A stretch of DNA of 64,000 nucleotides from an uncultured Candidatus Saccharibacteria bacterium (GCA_964421635.1 CAYQWZ010000004.1:15652-79651); one strand, 5' to 3'; positions 19,136 to 27,586 are shown, counted from the stretch's first letter. Made by a program: numbers and translations. Notes: generated by a model from the letters alone, not told the origin.

Positions 19136-20315
19136 AAGCTATTCAATCTTCGCTATTGGTTGTCAACAGAATTGGTATGACGCTGAGAAAATTGCGCACA
19201 CCCTAGATCTTTTGAAATTGTTCCCCGAAAATGTCGACACTGCCGACTTAGTTGTTGTTCTGGCTTGCGCCGTTAGACAAAAGTCTGTCGATAAACTTTA
19301 CGGATTCATTAATAAGTGGCGCAAAAGCAAAATTTCCCGCCATATAGTTTTGACCGCCTGCGTACTGCCCGAAGACAAACTGACTTTCAAAAGTAAAGTT
19401 GACGCCATTGTCGAAGATCAAAAAATCCATCAGTATTTAATTAACCTCATCTCCCCGCAGATTTCCCCGCAGAAAAAGTTCTCACCTGCTAATTTGCCAG
19501 CCAGCCACCACCCAGAAGGATTAAACCTAAAATTAAACGAAGACCACGCTTTCGTCCCTATTACTTTTGGCTGTAATAATTTCTGTACTTTCTGCGCGGT
19601 GCCCCACACGCGCGGTCGCGAGACAAGTCGGCCCAAGACTATAATTTTGGCCGAAATAAATAAGCAGTTAAAGCTAGGAATTAAAAAGATTACGCTGCTT
19701 GGCCAGAATGTGAACTCGTACAGATTGTCGGACTTCAACCCCCGCGACCTGCGCAAGAATAAAGATCGCAGCGGTGCCAAGTGGTCTAAGAGTAATCCTT
19801 CGCCATTCGTCGAACTGTTACGCGATATTGAAAAATTTGAAGAGCTCGAGAGTTTGTCATTTTTAAGTCCGAATCCTCAAGATATTGCCAGCGACTTAAT
19901 AGACTATATGGGCACCTCAAAAAAGTTTTCTCGCACGCTGAACCTGCCGTTGCAAAGTGGCAGCGATAAAGTTTTGAAGCAGATGAACCGCCGCTATACT
20001 ACCAAAGAATATTTGGCATTGGTCAAAAAGATTCGCGCTGCCGTACCCGACATCGCTATTTCCACCGATATTATTGTCGGCTTTCCGAATGAAACGAAGA
20101 AAGATTTTCAGGCCACAGTAGATATCTGCCAGAAAATTAAATTTAATAAAATTTTTATTGGCATATTTTCTGCGCGTCGTGGTACCACCGCCGCCAAAAT
20201 TTATAAAGACAATGTAGAGTTGAGAGAAAAGAAACGCCGCTTCAAAGTGCTGAATGAATTAGTGAATAATCAGAAGCTGATAGTCAACCCAGTTACAGGC
20301 GGACGGTTTGAATAA
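19113..20315 (+). CDS. radical-SAM methylthiotransferase (MiaB/RimO family)
   Basis: MTTase N-domain Cys triad (FAIGCQQNWYDAE, VVVLACAVRQ), radical-SAM CxxxCxxC (GCNNFCTFCAVPHTRGRE), and a TRAM-like C-terminus. The first ~45 codons of the ORF-track call overlap rplY in another frame and are not credible. A GTG near 19113-19116 is a plausible start. Confidence 0.75.
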   Translation: MVKPKRLKSYSIFAIGCQQNWYDAEKIAHTLDLLKLFPENVDTADLVVVLACAVRQKSVDKLYGFINKWRKSKISRHIVLTACVLPEDKLTFKSKVDAIVEDQKIHQYLINLISPQISPQKKFSPANLPASHHPEGLNLKLNEDHAFVPITFGCNNFCTFCAVPHTRGRETSRPKTIILAEINKQLKLGIKKITLLGQNVNSYRLSDFNPRDLRKNKDRSGAKWSKSNPSPFVELLRDIEKFEELESLSFLSPNPQDIASDLIDYMGTSKKFSRTLNLPLQSGSDKVLKQMNRRYTTKEYLALVKKIRAAVPDIAISTDIIVGFPNETKKDFQATVDICQKIKFNKIFIGIFSARRGTTAAKIYKDNVELREKKRRFKVLNELVNNQKLIVNPVTGGRFE

Positions 20316-20379
20316 ATAATAAATATATTACGACAAGATAATCTGTTTGTAATATACGATGATGTAGTTTTAAAGTACT

Positions 20380-20532
20380 ATGAAACTAATGACAAAACGC
20401 AAATCGCAAAAGAATTCTGATAATAAAGATGTGAAGCTTCCTAAGGTAGTGGAGTCTTTAATTATCCACGAAAAGCCAAAAAATGCTAAGAGTGTAGAAA
20501 AGATTCTTAACGAAATGCGTTACGGTTCTTAA
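20380..20532 (+). CDS. small ORF (50 aa) immediately upstream of the PIN gene, candidate antitoxin
   Basis: ATG at 20380, a basic N-terminus (MKLMTKRKSQK...), and a stop 5 nt before the PIN start codon. The position and size are typical of VapB-type antitoxins. No fold could be assigned. Confidence 0.3.
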   Translation: MKLMTKRKSQKNSDNKDVKLPKVVESLIIHEKPKNAKSVEKILNEMRYGS

Positions 20533-20537
20533 TTTGC

Positions 20538-20999
20538 ATGTCAAAATGCATTTTATTGGTAGACGCTAATGTTTTTTCTTCTTTGTTACACAAAGATGAC
20601 GCTTTGCATAGAAATGCCAAAGAAATCTTTGAAATAATATCAAAAAATAATAAGGTAAAAATTATTGTTCCACCCATAATACTATACGAAATTTGTACAG
20701 TAGCACTTAAAAAAGGAATCGATAAAAAGATAATCAAAGAAAAAACTCAGAGAATTATTGACTGGAATAAGGTTTCTATTGTTTCTTTATCTGAACTTTC
20801 TATATATAAACACATTAATAGAACTGCTAGGAATCATGTAAGAGAACCAGCTATTAAAACAAATGACCTAATTATTCTCAACACTGCACTAGAACTAGAT
20901 GCAGCTTTAGTGTCAACAGACAAAAAACTACTAAAAAGCGCTAAAAGACTAAAAGTGCCTTGTTGTAGAAATAGTGAAGATCTACTCGGTCTTCTTTGA
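20538..20999 (+). CDS. PIN-domain protein (VapC-like ribonuclease toxin)
   Basis: The N-terminal ILLVDANVFSSLL carries the first PIN acidic residue, with conserved acidic positions downstream. The ~150 aa size fits a standalone PIN toxin. Confidence 0.65.
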   Translation: MSKCILLVDANVFSSLLHKDDALHRNAKEIFEIISKNNKVKIIVPPIILYEICTVALKKGIDKKIIKEKTQRIIDWNKVSIVSLSELSIYKHINRTARNHVREPAIKTNDLIILNTALELDAALVSTDKKLLKSAKRLKVPCCRNSEDLLGLL

Positions 21000-21030
21000 A
21001 ACCGCATCACAATGCAAACAGTAATCACAT
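20996..21030. repeat. 35-bp imperfect direct repeat, copy A (degenerate copy of the 3' end of the Cas4-like nuclease gene)
   Basis: TTGAAACCGCATCACAATGCAAACAGTAATCACAT here versus TTGAAACCGCATCGCGATACAAACAGTAATCGCAC at 22064-22098. That is 30/35 identical, and all five differences are transitions. Confidence 0.7.
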
Positions 21031-21190
21031 AATCTTTTCTTAATCTAACATCCGCCACAATCACTACGGCGCTGGCAACGGCCCGAACAACAACGGTACC
21101 AGTCATGGTGCCTACACCGGTCGCGGCTCCAAGTAGAGTACCCAGTCTGCTCTTCGCGAGAAGGGCAGACTATACTAGAATAAAAATAAC

Positions 21191-21508
21191 ATGACAAAAA
21201 AAAGAAAAGAAGGAAACGCTTATCTAATTCCACCCCGTGGCACTCGTAAAACAGTCGCTCGAATATTAGTACAGTTAACTGATGAAGCAGTAGATGATCA
21301 AAAGAAGTTGCAGCAACTATATGTACTGGCTGACAGATTACGCTATTTTCTAAATACTGACCAAGAAGATATTCATAATGGTTTAGGTACAGAAATTGCC
21401 TGCTGGATAGGCCTACTAATCACCACACACGAAATGGGTCTTGAATATCGAAAAAACCTTATTGAGATATTTCCTGAAGAGCTCGATATATTTGCAGACT
21501 CCAAGTGA
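21191..21508 (+). CDS. hypothetical protein (105 aa), translationally coupled to the CYTH gene
   Basis: ORF with no recognisable motif. Its TGA stop overlaps the GTG start of the next gene (GTGA). Confidence 0.4.
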   Translation: MTKKRKEGNAYLIPPRGTRKTVARILVQLTDEAVDDQKKLQQLYVLADRLRYFLNTDQEDIHNGLGTEIACWIGLLITTHEMGLEYRKNLIEIFPEELDIFADSK

Positions 21509-22056
21509 ACAAAGAAATTGAAGTAAAAATTGAATTAACCAAGAAAGAATTTAATTCTTTAGTTAAAAATTTTACTAACCCTGACTTAGAAAAAACCTAC
21601 GGTTATTTTAAAGATGATTTTTCAAATATTAAAGAAGGCATTTTCCCACGCATAAAAACTATTACGGGTGAAAATAACAAAATATTATTTGCTGTTAAAA
21701 GAAAAGTAGAAGATAATGATAATTTTTTCGAAAGGGAAGAGTTAGAAGTGACAGTTCAAGAAGAGAAAGAAAGTGTCGAGATGTTACGATTAATGCTTAA
21801 ATCTTTGGGTTTTACCAAAGAAATCATTTTTGAAAAGAAACGAAAAAATATAGTTAAAAAAGATATCGTCATCTCATACGATCATCTTCCCTTTGGTTAT
21901 TTTGTTGAATTTGAAGGTGCACCTAAAATCATTGAACAATATTTAAAAGAATATAAGTTAACTAAAAAACCACGCATCACTAAAGCATATTTAGCTCTTT
22001 GGTACGACTACAAAGAAAAGAATAATATATCTAAAGATAACTGCGAATTTAACTAA
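21505..22056 (+). CDS. CYTH-domain protein (triphosphate tunnel metalloenzyme / class IV adenylate cyclase-like)
   Basis: The N-terminal EIEVKIEL matches the defining CYTH EXEXK motif, and the ~180 aa size matches CyaB/thiamine-triphosphatase-like enzymes. Confidence 0.65.
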   Translation: MNKEIEVKIELTKKEFNSLVKNFTNPDLEKTYGYFKDDFSNIKEGIFPRIKTITGENNKILFAVKRKVEDNDNFFEREELEVTVQEEKESVEMLRLMLKSLGFTKEIIFEKKRKNIVKKDIVISYDHLPFGYFVEFEGAPKIIEQYLKEYKLTKKPRITKAYLALWYDYKEKNNISKDNCEFN

Positions 22057-22058
22057 TA

Positions 22059-22817
22059 TTATTCGGTTTTTGAAACCGCATCGCGATACAAACAGTAATC
22101 GCACTCTTCGTTAGCTTTAGGCAGCTTCTTCGACTTCAAACATTTATGGGCAGCTATAATAGATTGCTCAACCCAAGCATCGTCACCCTTATGAGCTATC
22201 AAAGTGACATCGAACTCTAATTTAGCGTCAAAGGCCTTCTTATCAGTATTACCGTTGCAGTAAACAAAGTAGCCGGTATCTGAGACCGGCAAACCTTTCT
22301 GTCGCAACAGCCACTGATAAATCTCCATCTGCCGTTTGTATCCGTCATGCCAATCTTGGTCAAGGATAGTAATCTCATCGTTCTTACTCGTCGCTTTATA
22401 ATCTACGACTATGTACTCCCCCGCACTATTAATCCATAAATCATCAATGGCACCCGTAATGGTTAAGCCCGTCGGTTCGTGAACAATAGATACACCCTTG
22501 AAGTTCTCTCGCCATTCGTCTAGCTCTTCGTGGGCTACGGGCTTAGCGTCAATGCCATATTTTTCTTGTAGCGGATGCTGCTTGTCTTTCGCCCGATAAA
22601 GGTCAAACTCTTTTTTTAATAATGTGTCAACGGCTGTATTTAGGTTAAAAGGATATCCCTTTGGTCGCCCCAACCCCAAACGGTTGTCTAAATAAAAACA
22701 ACGCGGGCATTGTAAAAAGAGGTCGAGTTTAGATCGGCTAAGTTTAAACTGGTTCTTGGTAGTAGGATTAAAGTTCCAGTTGCTATTGCGCGGGATTTTG
22801 TAGTATTTAGACATCAC
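22059..22817 (-). CDS. Cas4-like PD-(D/E)xK nuclease with Fe-S cysteine cluster (RecB-family, DUF83-like), no CRISPR nearby
   Basis: N-terminal CPRC, motif II IDDLWI, motif III VVDYK, the QxxxY motif (RQMEIYQWL) and C-terminal C-x12-C-x2-C. Its start overlaps the stop of the tandem-HEPN gene by 4 nt. Confidence 0.6.
   Translation of the reverse strand: MMSKYYKIPRNSNWNFNPTTKNQFKLSRSKLDLFLQCPRCFYLDNRLGLGRPKGYPFNLNTAVDTLLKKEFDLYRAKDKQHPLQEKYGIDAKPVAHEELDEWRENFKGVSIVHEPTGLTITGAIDDLWINSAGEYIVVDYKATSKNDEITILDQDWHDGYKRQMEIYQWLLRQKGLPVSDTGYFVYCNGNTDKKAFDAKLEFDVTLIAHKGDDAWVEQSIIAAHKCLKSKKLPKANEECDYCLYRDAVSKTE
22064..22098. repeat. 35-bp imperfect direct repeat, copy B (inside the 3' coding end of the Cas4-like nuclease gene)
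   Basis: See copy A at 20996-21030. The two copies bracket the two-gene CYTH cassette. Confidence 0.7.
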
Positions 22818-23905
22818 AAATTATTTTTTATCAATTCAGGTAATTTAACGCGTAACAGATTTAAAAAGTCATCTGCTAATTTTTTACAATTAATATGCCA
22901 TCTGTCAGCTTCGTAAATGTAACTAATAGCCTTGCCTTCTGAATCAATACTTAAATCGTATGGTCCATCTGACTTTTTTCCAAAATTATGTACTAGATTG
23001 TGCCTAAATATTTTTACAATATCGTCTCTGATATTACCTTCGTCATCAACAATCTCATTGTAATTTTGATTTTTTTTGTTACGCTTACAATCTATTACAT
23101 CTTTGTCATATAGTTCCTTTAATGTTCTCTTTACGTTAAGGTTTGTATTACCATCGATACCAAACTTATCATTAAAGATTGATCCCCAAACATCAAATAA
23201 TGCTGCCAATAAAACAGCGTAAGAATTAGATGGTCCTTCGAAATTGCTCGTTGAATAATTGTACGAAAAAGTTTTGCTATAGATATTCTCGATATCTCTT
23301 ATTGTCCATGTATACAGCCTAACTAGTAAATCAATTTTTATTGTTTTTATTCTTTCAGGTTTTGGTTCCATTATTGAATTATAAACATGAATAAAATTAT
23401 CTTGAAGATCACTATTGTTTTCAAGCATTTTAACATAACCAGTGTTGTCATTGATCACTGAGTCTTCAATGTCTTGTGCCAGAGTAAAAATACTCACCCA
23501 TAGCTTCTTAATGCCATCGAACTCCTCAATAATTAAATGTTTTGATCTATCATTGTGAATATATGCCCAAGTATATTTTTGATGTCCACAGTATACTGTT
23601 GGCTGCATCATAGCCTGATGTACTAAGGGATGACGGAATATATTCTGTACTAAAAAGGCTACATTTTCTTTTTTATAACTCATTCTGTCTTCCATATATT
23701 TTCTGGCATTATATGAAACACTGTATTTACTGGTAGAACCCTTATATAAAGCGCCCAATAAGTCTATTGTGGAGAAACAGTATAATAAACCAGGAAAAGG
23801 AGCTATGCCATCATCTTTTAAGACACAGTGCCTAACGTCCTCAATTAATGAATTTATTCTGTCGTTAAGAAATATTCGGGCTTCGTTTGAATTAAATTCC
23901 TTCAT
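22814..23905 (-). CDS. protein with two Rx4H (HEPN-like) motifs, candidate RNase/abortive-infection-type effector
   Basis: Two copies of IFRH-LVH (FRHPLVHQAMMQ and FRHNLVHNFGKK) each match the HEPN R-x4-6-H motif, suggesting an internally duplicated HEPN protein. It lies between hsdR and the Cas4-like nuclease with overlapping junctions. Confidence 0.45.
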   Translation of the reverse strand: MKEFNSNEARIFLNDRINSLIEDVRHCVLKDDGIAPFPGLLYCFSTIDLLGALYKGSTSKYSVSYNARKYMEDRMSYKKENVAFLVQNIFRHPLVHQAMMQPTVYCGHQKYTWAYIHNDRSKHLIIEEFDGIKKLWVSIFTLAQDIEDSVINDNTGYVKMLENNSDLQDNFIHVYNSIMEPKPERIKTIKIDLLVRLYTWTIRDIENIYSKTFSYNYSTSNFEGPSNSYAVLLAALFDVWGSIFNDKFGIDGNTNLNVKRTLKELYDKDVIDCKRNKKNQNYNEIVDDEGNIRDDIVKIFRHNLVHNFGKKSDGPYDLSIDSEGKAISYIYEADRWHINCKKLADDFLNLLRVKLPELIKNNL

Positions 23906-23915
23906 TTATTCAAGC

Positions 23916-26867
23916 CTACTCCTCGTTAGTTTTATCTAATTTTTCATACACCTCTTCAAACATTTTTTCTTTCACAAACTTACCAAATTCCGCATTTTCT
24001 ACAATCTTTTTGTATATATCAAAATTAGACTCAACCATAGTGTGCAATTGATCCTGAAAGATATGGGCAAAAACAAGCTTGAGAGCGTCTTTGTTATTTG
24101 TTTTGGCGCTTTGACTCAAGGTTTCGTTTCCTGTCAATCTCGTTTGTAGTTCGGCAAAGAATACTTTGTCACCTTCGGTGAAGTCAGTACCAAATCGTTC
24201 GTTCACTTCGTCAATTATGCGCGACAAAAATTCTTTTTCTTCGCCCATACCTTTACCTGTTCCCAGTCCCTCAATCGGCTTCAATTCACCGGTCTTTTTC
24301 TCCAGTTCAATATTGCCGCTGGATATTTGCTGGATGCGGTAAGTGTCCATATTCACATTGTCGGTAATTTCCACCGGCAATCTTTCTTTTTCGGCAGGTA
24401 ATTTACGCCCAAACATTCGCAAAAAGGCATAAAGTTTTTCTAAGTTCACATCCTTAAACGAGACAATCTGCGATAAGAAGGCATACATACGGACATAGTT
24501 TATTAATTGATCACGGAAATCAATTTTTTCTTTTTTTTCGCGCTTTAAATATTCTTCGACAATCGGGTCCAAAAGCGGATGTAGTTTTTCTTGCGTTGCT
24601 CCACGCTTGAAAAATACTTTGGCAAAGCTCTCCACATCATCTTTGGTAAAAATATCAAAATCAAGCAAGTTGCGCTCCAAATCATAAAGCTTGTTCGGGT
24701 CGGTTGCTTTGGTCAAAATCGCTTTGTCGTAATACGGCTGAAATGCTTTTTTTATTTCTTCTTCATAGTTGGCAAAATCCAAAACCAGCGTGTCCTCTTT
24801 ACCTTTGGTAGTGCGATTGAGCCGGCTCAAGGTCTGCACGGCCATCACACCACCTAATTTTTTATCAACATACATCGTATGAAGCAAAGGCTGATCGAAT
24901 CCGGTCTGGAATTTATTTGCTACTATCAAAATCTTAAATTCAGGTAATTTAAAGGTGTCGGCGGTGAGTTTATCGCTTCGCAAACCATTCATTCCGGCTT
25001 CGGTATATTCTTTTCCGCCGTCAGTTACCGTGCCGGAAAATGCCACCAAAGTTTTGATAGAATACTTGTGTTCTTTGATGAACTTGTCAAAAGCAAGTTT
25101 GTAGCGCACTGCGTGCAAACGCGAACGGGAGATAATCATCGCTTTGGCGTAGCCATCAATTTTGTGCGTAGTGTGCGACAGATAGTGTTCAATAATTAAT
25201 TCTGTTTTTTTACCAATAGCATGGTCATGCAACTCCACATATCCTTTTAAGAGCGCGATGCCCTTTTTCTTTTCATACTGCGGATCTTCTTCGGTTTTTT
25301 TGATCAAATTAAAGTAGGTCTGGAAGGTGGTGTAATTTTTTAAGACATCCAAAATAAAACCTTCTTCGATAGCTTGTCGCATTGAATACAAGTGAAAAGG
25401 TTCAAAAGTGCCATCGGCTTTTTTGGTACCGAAAAGTTGCATAGTTTTATCTTTCGGCGTAGCAGTAAAAGCAAAGAAGCTGATATTTTTTTGTCTGCCT
25501 CGGCTTGATAATTCCGCCAAAATCGCGTCTTCGCTCGTTAACTCTTCTTCGTTCTCATTCTCTGTTTCCGCTTCTTCCAGTGACCCAAGTGCTTTTTTTA
25601 AACTCTTGGTGCTCTCCCCAGATTGCGAAGAATGCGCCTCGTCAATAATCACGGCGAATTTTTTGCCTTCTTGTTTGATAAGTTCCTCCACGATGTAAGG
25701 AAATTTTTGCAAAGTGGAAACAATAATTCTTTTGCCAGATTCCAGCGCTTCTTTAAGTTGTTTTGAATGTTCGTCAATCGCCGCCACTACACCCTCCACT
25801 TGCGCGAATTGCCTGACTTCATCGCGAAGCTGTTTATCAATCACGCGTCGATCGGAAATAACAATCGCGGTATCAAAAATTTTCTGATCATTAGCATCGT
25901 GTAAACTGGAAAGTTTGTGAGCAAGCCATGAAATTGTTTTTGTCTTTCCACTTCCGGCGCTGTGCTGAATGAGATATTGCTGTCCGGCTCCGTGCTCTCG
26001 CGCGTGAGCCACCATTTTTCGCAGTGCATCCAACTGATGATAGCGCGGAAAAATAAGCGTCTCTTTTTCTTTTTGATTACCTTCCTCGTCCGTTGTCTTT
26101 TCAATAGATACGAGCATAAATTCGGCAATAATCTGAAGCAGGCTGTTTTTTTGCAAAACTTCTTCCCATAAATACGCGCTCTTGAACCCGCTCGGATTCA
26201 CCGGATTGCCAGCGCCGTTTTCAAAACCTTTGTTAAACGGCAAAAAGAATGTGGATTTGCCAGCCAAACGCGTGGTCATATACACGAGATCATTATCTAT
26301 GGCGAAATGCACCAAACAGCGCTTAAAGGCAAAAAGATCTTCGCGCGGGTCGCGGTCATAGCGATATTGTTTGATGGCGTCCTGTACATTTTGTCCGGTC
26401 AAATAGTTTTTGAGCTCCAGCGTAGAAATCGGCAAACCATTCAAGAAAATGACAGTATCAAGCGACTTGCCGTCTTTTTGGCTAAACTTCACCTGTCGCA
26501 TTATGGAAAAAATATTGTTCTGGTGGAGTTGGGCGTGTTCCGGATTCAAGGTGCTTTCGGGCGCAAAATACACCAATTGAAAACGCGAACCATAATCGGC
26601 AAAACCTTTGCGAAATACATCTAAAATCCCACGCGATTCAATTTCTGTTTTGAGACGATAAACAAATTTTGATTTTACTTCTTCGCCGTGCTGTTCTTTG
26701 AGTTTCTCCCATTCTTTTGGCTGGGTGGCGTAGATAAATTCAAAAAGCATTTCCTCGTCCATGCAGGATTCGGCATTGTAATTTTTTGGCTCACGTGCAC
26801 GATAGCCGGAAGCGGTCAAAACCGTTTCAATGTGCGCTTCAAATGACTTTTCTGATGTATCAATCAT
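23916..26867 (-). CDS. hsdR: Type I restriction enzyme R subunit (HsdR)
   Basis: 983 aa with an N-terminal PD-(D/E)xK region, SF2 helicase motifs (QHSAGSGKT, VIIDEAHSSQSG, and TGFD within the motif-VI region) and a C-terminal helical domain. Confidence 0.9.
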   Translation of the reverse strand: MIDTSEKSFEAHIETVLTASGYRAREPKNYNAESCMDEEMLFEFIYATQPKEWEKLKEQHGEEVKSKFVYRLKTEIESRGILDVFRKGFADYGSRFQLVYFAPESTLNPEHAQLHQNNIFSIMRQVKFSQKDGKSLDTVIFLNGLPISTLELKNYLTGQNVQDAIKQYRYDRDPREDLFAFKRCLVHFAIDNDLVYMTTRLAGKSTFFLPFNKGFENGAGNPVNPSGFKSAYLWEEVLQKNSLLQIIAEFMLVSIEKTTDEEGNQKEKETLIFPRYHQLDALRKMVAHAREHGAGQQYLIQHSAGSGKTKTISWLAHKLSSLHDANDQKIFDTAIVISDRRVIDKQLRDEVRQFAQVEGVVAAIDEHSKQLKEALESGKRIIVSTLQKFPYIVEELIKQEGKKFAVIIDEAHSSQSGESTKSLKKALGSLEEAETENENEEELTSEDAILAELSSRGRQKNISFFAFTATPKDKTMQLFGTKKADGTFEPFHLYSMRQAIEEGFILDVLKNYTTFQTYFNLIKKTEEDPQYEKKKGIALLKGYVELHDHAIGKKTELIIEHYLSHTTHKIDGYAKAMIISRSRLHAVRYKLAFDKFIKEHKYSIKTLVAFSGTVTDGGKEYTEAGMNGLRSDKLTADTFKLPEFKILIVANKFQTGFDQPLLHTMYVDKKLGGVMAVQTLSRLNRTTKGKEDTLVLDFANYEEEIKKAFQPYYDKAILTKATDPNKLYDLERNLLDFDIFTKDDVESFAKVFFKRGATQEKLHPLLDPIVEEYLKREKKEKIDFRDQLINYVRMYAFLSQIVSFKDVNLEKLYAFLRMFGRKLPAEKERLPVEITDNVNMDTYRIQQISSGNIELEKKTGELKPIEGLGTGKGMGEEKEFLSRIIDEVNERFGTDFTEGDKVFFAELQTRLTGNETLSQSAKTNNKDALKLVFAHIFQDQLHTMVESNFDIYKKIVENAEFGKFVKEKMFEEVYEKLDKTNEE

Positions 26868-26868
26868 A

Positions 26869-27216
26869 TTATTTTTTCGTTAAATATAGACAAACAATAT
26901 AAATTATTAAAGATGGTATCCCAACCGATAAAGCTAATGTCCAATTTTGTGTAGGGATAACTCCGACTGCAAAACCAAAACCCGCGGATGATATAAATTC
27001 AAAAAAAGTGATTAGCCAATAATTTTTTAGCTTTTCTTCCAAAATAACATTTCTTTTTTCAATTTCATATTTTTCCGTGCGTATCTTTTCTGCTTCATCC
27101 TGCGTCTTCTTCAAAGATGCTTCCAAATTATTTATTTTTTCGGACATCAATTTATATGCCGTCGTGGTTGACTGCTCTTTCTTTGTCAGCGTGTTTTGTG
27201 ATTTATTCTTCGCCAT
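26869..27216 (-). CDS. small coiled-coil protein with C-terminal double transmembrane hairpin, embedded in the R-M operon
   Basis: N-terminal heptad-rich region (LEASLKKTQDEAEKIRTEKYEIEKRNVILEEKLK), then two hydrophobic helices. Its stop abuts the hsdR start. Confidence 0.4.
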   Translation of the reverse strand: MAKNKSQNTLTKKEQSTTTAYKLMSEKINNLEASLKKTQDEAEKIRTEKYEIEKRNVILEEKLKNYWLITFFEFISSAGFGFAVGVIPTQNWTLALSVGIPSLIIYIVCLYLTKK

Positions 27217-27217
27217 A

Positions 27218-27586
27218 TCAGTTAAAAAGTTCAGTTAATGATATTGGCGACCAACCAAATGATTTTATTGGTTTAATGTTCGGTATTTGTGGAATAGCTG
27301 GAATTGGCGGTATTTGTGGAATAGCTGGAATTGGCGGTATTTGTGGAATAGGAAAAATCGGTGAAGGAAAATCGTTTGAATGCTGTGAGAAACCCGCAGT
27401 ATTGCCGTACAAATCCCTAATCACATATCCTTCAATCCAACCGCAATGCCTACCTCTATAATTGTAAATATATTGGTTGTCTTTTACATATCCAAGATTG
27501 TGTCCGTGGCGATTAAAAAATCTGCCTTGCCCATCAAGGATTATTTGCGCTGTTCCGTATCGATCAAAAAACCAAATGTTATTCAT
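27218..27586 (-). CDS. small beta-rich protein with proline/isoleucine nonapeptide tandem repeat, embedded in the R-M operon
   Basis: The N-terminus is Gly/Tyr/aromatic-rich (YIYNYRGRHCGWIEGYVIRDLYGN). The C-terminus is 2.6 copies of IPQIPPIPA, encoded by a perfect 27-bp tandem DNA repeat at ~27290-27360. Its start overlaps the hsdS stop by 8 nt. Confidence 0.4.
   Translation of the reverse strand: MNNIWFFDRYGTAQIILDGQGRFFNRHGHNLGYVKDNQYIYNYRGRHCGWIEGYVIRDLYGNTAGFSQHSNDFPSPIFPIPQIPPIPAIPQIPPIPAIPQIPNIKPIKSFGWSPISLTELFN

Noticed and set aside
21040-21190. Moderately GC-rich 150-bp spacer with overlapping minus-strand ORFs of 62-90 aa
   Set aside because: No motif, promoter-terminator pair, or convincing structure could be seen by eye. 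It is probably decayed sequence associated with the repeat-flanked cassette, and is kept only as context for that finding.
27290-27365. Perfect 27-bp tandem repeats that could suggest a CRISPR array
   Set aside because: Only 2.6 contiguous copies are present with no spacers. They lie in frame inside a CDS, encoding IPQIPPIPA repeats. No cas genes other than a lone Cas4-like nuclease are present, so this is not a CRISPR.
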